From Alphaproteobacteria bacterium (GTDB taxonomy: Bacteria > Pseudomonadota > Alphaproteobacteria > UBA828), in NCBI GenBank assembly GCA_965220745.1, contig CBDCQT010000013.1, positions 384,001-448,000 on the forward strand: a DNA stretch of 64,000 nt, read 5' to 3'. This document shows positions 60,855 to 64,000 of the stretch, in pieces. Made by a program: the position numbers and the translations under genes. Under the pieces are notes generated by a model. It searched no databases. It saw nothing but the letters and a program-made list of their open reading frames with translations, and was not told the DNA's origin. Every line of letters starts with the position of its first letter. Within the stretch, counting starts at the first letter, position 1.

Positions 60855-60888
60855 AACGAAAGAGCCCCCCGCTGGAGGCGGGAGGCTC
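60855..60888 (-). terminator. Rho-independent terminator
   Basis: 11-bp stem (60862-60872 / 60878-60888), 5-nt loop, U-rich tail on the minus strand. Confidence 0.7.
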
Positions 60889-60942
60889 GATCAAAAGGGT
60901 CTGGTGTTGACCTGGAGAGGCGCACCAAACGGGCGTCAGAAC
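60855..60942 (-). ncRNA. Candidate antisense small RNA of about 85-90 nt
   Basis: Promoter TTGACA (60976-60971)-N16-TAGGAT (60954-60949); hairpin UUUGGUG/CACCAGA with a CUCC loop; terminator GAGCCUCCCGC-CUCCA-GCGGGGGGCUC-UUUCGUU. The stem irregularities are G-U wobbles only on the minus strand. Confidence 0.6.
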
Positions 60943-61006
60943 GCGGGTATCCTACCGACTCCCGCGAGCCTGTCAAGTGCGCTCTCCGAACGAAAGGAGA
61001 GCCAAC

Positions 61007-61081
61007 ATGGCTATCCCCTATCCTGTTCCAAAACAACCGAAACCTCCACATGTCCCGTGGCCGCCAGAGCCATGGTGTTAG
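61007..61081 (+). CDS. Candidate 24-aa proline-rich micropeptide MAIPYPVPKQPKPPHVPWPPEPWC
   Basis: AAAGGAGAG RBS shortly before ATG 61007, sequestered in a GCTCTCC/GGAGAGC hairpin; followed by a strong hairpin at 61091-61121. Too short for the ORF track. Confidence 0.55.
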   Translation: MAIPYPVPKQPKPPHVPWPPEPWC

Positions 61082-61089
61082 TCGATCTT

Positions 61090-61130
61090 GCCCCCGGTGG
61101 GTCTGCATGACTCGCCGGGGGGGGGGGGGC
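61090..61130. terminator. GC-rich hairpin with a G13 run between convergent cargo ORFs
   Basis: CCCCCGGTGGGTC-TGCAT-GACTCGCCGGGGG; G run at 61117-61129. Confidence 0.55.
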
Positions 61131-61360
61131 TACCAAGCTTTGGTGCTTATGGTGGGAGACGTAGAGCGCTCTTCAGGCCAAGAGGCGGTCACAGTCTCTT
61201 GGTCTGTATCCACGTTCTCACGGACGAGCTCGCTTCCGTCCGGGAAACGATACGTAAGGGTCTTTGTGACATACTCTGCCTTGCGGGCAACGCCAAGCCA
61301 GAACAGCACGCCGCGCGCGCCGTTCGCGACCCTCAGTTGCAATCGCTCGGCAATGCTCAC
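61130..61360 (-). CDS. Hypothetical cargo protein (76 aa)
   Basis: GTG start; TLTYRFPDGSELV resembles TTTYREQPDGSRIV in the 61898-62230 ORF. Confidence 0.5.
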   Translation of the reverse strand: MSIAERLQLRVANGARGVLFWLGVARKAEYVTKTLTYRFPDGSELVRENVDTDQETVTASWPEERSTSPTISTKAW

Positions 61361-61361
61361 G

Positions 61362-61443
61362 ATCCATCAACCTATCCGTATCGAATCCATCAACCTATCC
61401 GTATCGAAAAAGCTATCCGTATCGAAAAAGCTATCCGTATCGA
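61362..61443 (+). repeat. Four-copy tandem array with core CTATCCGTATCGA (2 x 23 bp plus 2 x 18 bp)
   Basis: ATCCATCAACCTATCCGTATCGA at 61362-61384 and 61385-61407; AAAAGCTATCCGTATCGA at 61408-61425 and 61426-61443. ATCAACCTATCCGTATCG also occurs at 59660-59677. Confidence 0.95.
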
Positions 61444-61579
61444 ATTGTTGCACAGATACTCCGACAAGGCTACCCTCCTTCCCTGCGTGCGGTTCGGCGA
61501 GGGCGGGCAGGAGCGCCCCACGCCTTGATTACCGGGCGCTCCAGGCGGGGTGCTGTCCCTGTACACGGCACCCCGCCGT

Positions 61580-61879
61580 TCATTCCTTGTCGGTGCCTGT
61601 TCCGGCCGCGTGCATTCTGCCGGCAATGCGGACCGGCGTGGGAGAGACGACCTCCGCCCCGCCGTCTATGTGGATGTGGAACACTCCGCCTGGGGCGCGA
61701 AAGTCCTGATAGGTTGCGCCAGGCGCCAAGTTGATTTGTACCTGCGGCGGCGACTCTCGTTGCTCCCGCAGCTCGGCAAGCTCTTTCTCCAATTGGGCAA
61801 TTCGCTTGGGCGCGGTAAGCATAGCGCTCACCCTTCCCCACCCAACGCGGAGCAACTCGACAGAAAACCACGATTCCAT
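61580..61879 (-). CDS. Hypothetical cargo protein (99 aa) with a short coiled coil and conserved C-terminal motif
   Basis: RIAQLEKELAELREQ; ends PVRIAGRMHAAGTGTDKE. Followed by hairpin GGCGGGGTGCTGT/ACGGCACCCCGCC at about 61544-61577. Confidence 0.65.
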   Translation of the reverse strand: MESWFSVELLRVGWGRVSAMLTAPKRIAQLEKELAELREQRESPPQVQINLAPGATYQDFRAPGGVFHIHIDGGAEVVSPTPVRIAGRMHAAGTGTDKE

Positions 61880-61897
61880 CCACGCATCATACTCTTC

Positions 61898-62230
61898 CTA
61901 CTCCTTGTCAGAAACCTTGTCAGTACCCGTGCCGGTCACATGCATTCTGCCGGCAAGACGCATAGGCTTGGCGAGCGTGGTCTGAGTGACGATCCGCGAG
62001 CCGTCCGGTTGCTCCCGGTAGGTGGTCGTGTCGTTCAAGCGGACCTCGGGGCCGAGGACCGACTTGGGTTTTCTCTTGCGGTCTATCCAGACACATACGC
62101 CCATGCCCACAAGGGCCAAGACGATGACGGCTATCCATATCCCTACGGACCAATGGGCCGTGAAGATATCCATCATTGCGCCGGCCCCCAGATCGAGGGC
62201 GAAAAAGCAGACTGCGAAATACCTAGCCAT
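61898..62230 (-). CDS. Hypothetical membrane cargo protein (110 aa), probably leaderless, with conserved C-terminal motif
   Basis: Hydrophobic N-terminal half then RKRKPK; ends PMRLAGRMHVTGTGTDKVSDKE. ATG lies 6 nt after the predicted -10 box. Confidence 0.65.
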   Translation of the reverse strand: MARYFAVCFFALDLGAGAMMDIFTAHWSVGIWIAVIVLALVGMGVCVWIDRKRKPKSVLGPEVRLNDTTTYREQPDGSRIVTQTTLAKPMRLAGRMHVTGTGTDKVSDKE

Positions 62231-62236
62231 TCTGCG

Positions 62237-62264
62237 ATCATATCGATTCCCCCGGTCGTGTCAA
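62237..62264 (-). promoter_or_regulatory. Candidate inward-facing promoter with its -35 inside IRR
   Basis: TTGACA (62264-62259)-N16-TATGAT (62242-62237). Confidence 0.65.
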
Positions 62265-62282
62265 CTACTCTTTGTAATCCCC
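62259..62282 (-). repeat. Right terminal inverted repeat
   Basis: TGTCAACTACTCTTTGTAATCCCC. Confidence 0.95.
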
Positions 62283-63179
62283 CTCTGCAACACGCGCGAG
62301 GAGATGGTCACGGAGGCGCGCCGCGAGATCAAGGACGGCGTCGACATCGTGAAGGTGGCCGGCGACGGCGACGTGCTCACCGGCGAGGCGGAGCTTGCCG
62401 GCAGCATCGGGCTCGACGACCTGCGCGCCATCGCCGAAGTCACCCACCGTCTCGGTAAGGTCTGCACCATCCACGCGCGCTCGGGCCGCGCGGCGGCCGA
62501 TGCCATCCGCGCCGGCTTCGACTGGATCATCCACGGCTCCTACATGTCCGACAACGATCTTGACGTGCTCTTCCGCAACCCGACGCCGCTGATCCCGACC
62601 TTCTCGCTGCTGGCGAACACCCTCGAATGGGGCCCGGACCTCGGCTGCTCGGGCTTCATCCTCGACGCCTACAAGGATGAGGTCGAGCGCCTTGCCAGCG
62701 TCGTCTCGCGAGCCCATGCCGAGGGAATCACTATCATCGCCGGCACCGACAGCGGCCAGGGCTCGGTGCCCTACGGCGAATGGCACGCGCGCGAGATGGA
62801 GCACCTGATGACCTATGGCGGCCTGAGCGCGGTGGAGGCGATCCGCGCGGGTACCGCTAACGCGGCGCTGACGCTCGGCATGGAGGACGAGATCGGTACC
62901 TTGGAGGAAGGCAAGCTCGCCGACATTCTGGTGGTGGATGGCGACCCGCTCGCCGATATCGCCGTGCTGCAGGACCGGGAGCGCCTCGCGGTCGTGATGA
63001 AGGACGGCGCAGTGGTCGACACAGAGGCGCCGATCCCCGAGCCCGCGCGCTACAACTGGGAAAAGCCCATGCTCTACTGGGAGGATCCGCGGATGCCGAC
63101 CCAGAGCTTCGTGCGCGAGCACGCGACCAGCAAGCCGCGCTGGATGCAGCAGGAACGCCGTCTCGACGCAGCGGAGTAG
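62283..63179 (+). pseudogene. Amidohydrolase, 3' part (begins with the right TSD copy)
   Basis: LCNTREEMV...VDIVKV, TIHA, WIIHGS, AGTDSG, GKLADILVVDGDPL. Removing the IS plus one TSD restores one 1401-nt frame (466 aa). Confidence 0.9.
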
Positions 63180-63188
63180 GGGCGTCCC

Positions 63189-64000
63189 TTACCGCCGCAT
63201 GGTCGGGGCTGAGCCCGGCGGGAACTTGGGAACCGGGCAGTCGGGCGGCTCGGCGGCATCGTCGCGGTAGTCAAAATAGCCCCACACCGCCCAGTGGTCC
63301 GAGAGATCGCAGTAGCCTTGCCCGCGCACGGCCGAGAACAGCGTGCGGTCCTCGAAGTCGAAGAGGCTGCGGAAGACCATCGGGCAGTTGTGGTGGTAGC
63401 GCGGCTCGCGCCAGCCCCTCTTGGCGAGGACGTAATCGACATAGCCGTTGCCGCGCCGCGCCCAGTCGCTACGCGACTCGCGGGTGAAGCGGTGCCCCCG
63501 AAACGACGGCTCCAGGACACCAAGCGGCTCGTCGTCGAGCAGGCTGTCGAACGCGTGGCTGAGCACGTTGAAGTCGCCGCCGACGATGATCGGCTCCGAG
63601 CGCGGGATCCCCGAGTGCTCTTCGATGAACCGCCGGATGGCGCGGAACTGCGCCGCCTTGGCCGTGCGCTGCTCCCTGCTCCAGCCGAATTGCGCGTGCG
63701 TGCCGATGACGTGGTAGCGCGCGCCGCCCTTGTCGATGCGGGCATAGACGAAGCCCTTGGCGGCGTTGCAGTCCGGCTCCACGCAGTCGGCGTAGACCAA
63801 CTCCTTGGCGACACCGATGGGATGCCTGCTGGCGATCAGCACGCCGCCGTCCTCGCCGAACCAGGTATCGCCCTCGCCGCCGCGCGGCGCGTCCTCGGTG
63901 AGAGCCTGTTCGTAGACTGCGCCTTTTTCGCAGCTTGAGGCGGCGCGGCAGGCGGTGCCCAGGATGCGGGTCGAATAGCGAAAGCCCTGCGCCCTCAGTC
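63189..64000 (-). CDS. Sphingomyelinase C-like endonuclease/exonuclease/phosphatase (EEP) protein, 5' end outside the window
   Basis: Frame open to the window end; EDGGVLIASRHPI, AKGFVYARI, IGTHAQ, GGDFNV, VDYVL, DLSDHWAV. Confidence 0.8.
   Translation of the reverse strand, partial: LRAQGFRYSTRILGTACRAASSCEKGAVYEQALTEDAPRGGEGDTWFGEDGGVLIASRHPIGVAKELVYADCVEPDCNAAKGFVYARIDKGGARYHVIGTHAQFGWSREQRTAKAAQFRAIRRFIEEHSGIPRSEPIIVGGDFNVLSHAFDSLLDDEPLGVLEPSFRGHRFTRESRSDWARRGNGYVDYVLAKRGWREPRYHHNCPMVFRSLFDFEDRTLFSAVRGQGYCDLSDHWAVWGYFDYRDDAAEPPDCPVPKFPPGSAPTMRR

Larger units (their letters stand above)
59611..62282 (+). mobile_element. IS1595-family transposon with passenger region (2672 bp)
   Basis: IRL GGGGATTACAAAGGCTGGTTGACA and IRR (reverse complement) GGGGATTACAAAGAGTAGTTGACA match at 21/24; 8-bp TSD; DDE-type transposase; about 1.6 kb of less GC-rich cargo. 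Confidence 0.96.

Noticed and set aside
61362-61443. Possible mini CRISPR array
   Set aside because: Units are directly adjacent, there are no unique spacers of 25-40 bp, and no cas genes are present.
60789-61709. 306-aa plus-strand ORF across the IS cargo
   Set aside because: It runs through terminator hairpins, the G13 run and the tandem array, with no recognisable composition. The short ORFs with RBS or shared motifs explain the region better.
1-64000. tRNA or rRNA genes
   Set aside because: I saw no cloverleaf with D and T arm consensus and no rRNA-like segment in the intergenic regions; a tRNAscan or Rfam run would be needed to be certain.

Overview
GC-rich alphaproteobacterial chromosome segment (Rhodospirillales-like gene order; a host-associated or marine lifestyle is only a guess). 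Core blocks are dgt-argS-SPOR-nagZ-S2P-scpAB, a two-subunit NAD-dependent formate dehydrogenase, dksA, SCO-fixL-fixJ-fixK, rpmG, and dnaE-rpsB-tsf-pyrH-frr-uppS. These alternate with catabolic and transport genes: hydantoinase A and B, a 4-pyridoxolactonase with a BMP-type ABC transporter, an amidase with an alpha-amino-epsilon-caprolactam racemase-like enzyme, a TRAP transporter and an LLM oxidoreductase. The most unusual part is a 2672-bp IS1595-family element (59611-62282; 24-bp IRs, 8-bp TSD CTCTGCAA) that cleanly interrupts an amidohydrolase gene and carries organised cargo. The cargo comprises a candidate antisense-RNA-controlled 24-aa proline-rich peptide with a hairpin-sequestered RBS, a four-copy repeat matching the transposase 5' leader, small ORFs sharing a conserved C-terminal motif, and sigma70-like promoters built into both IRs. 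Other oddities are an uncharacterised MotA/TolQ-type three-gene membrane module, an orphan higA with a higB 3' relic, and two tracts with 10-bp periodicity, one in the tail of an orphan Mu-gp27/DUF3486-like gene. All family calls come from motif recognition and recalled sequences, not database searches. Promoters and RNAs are predictions.
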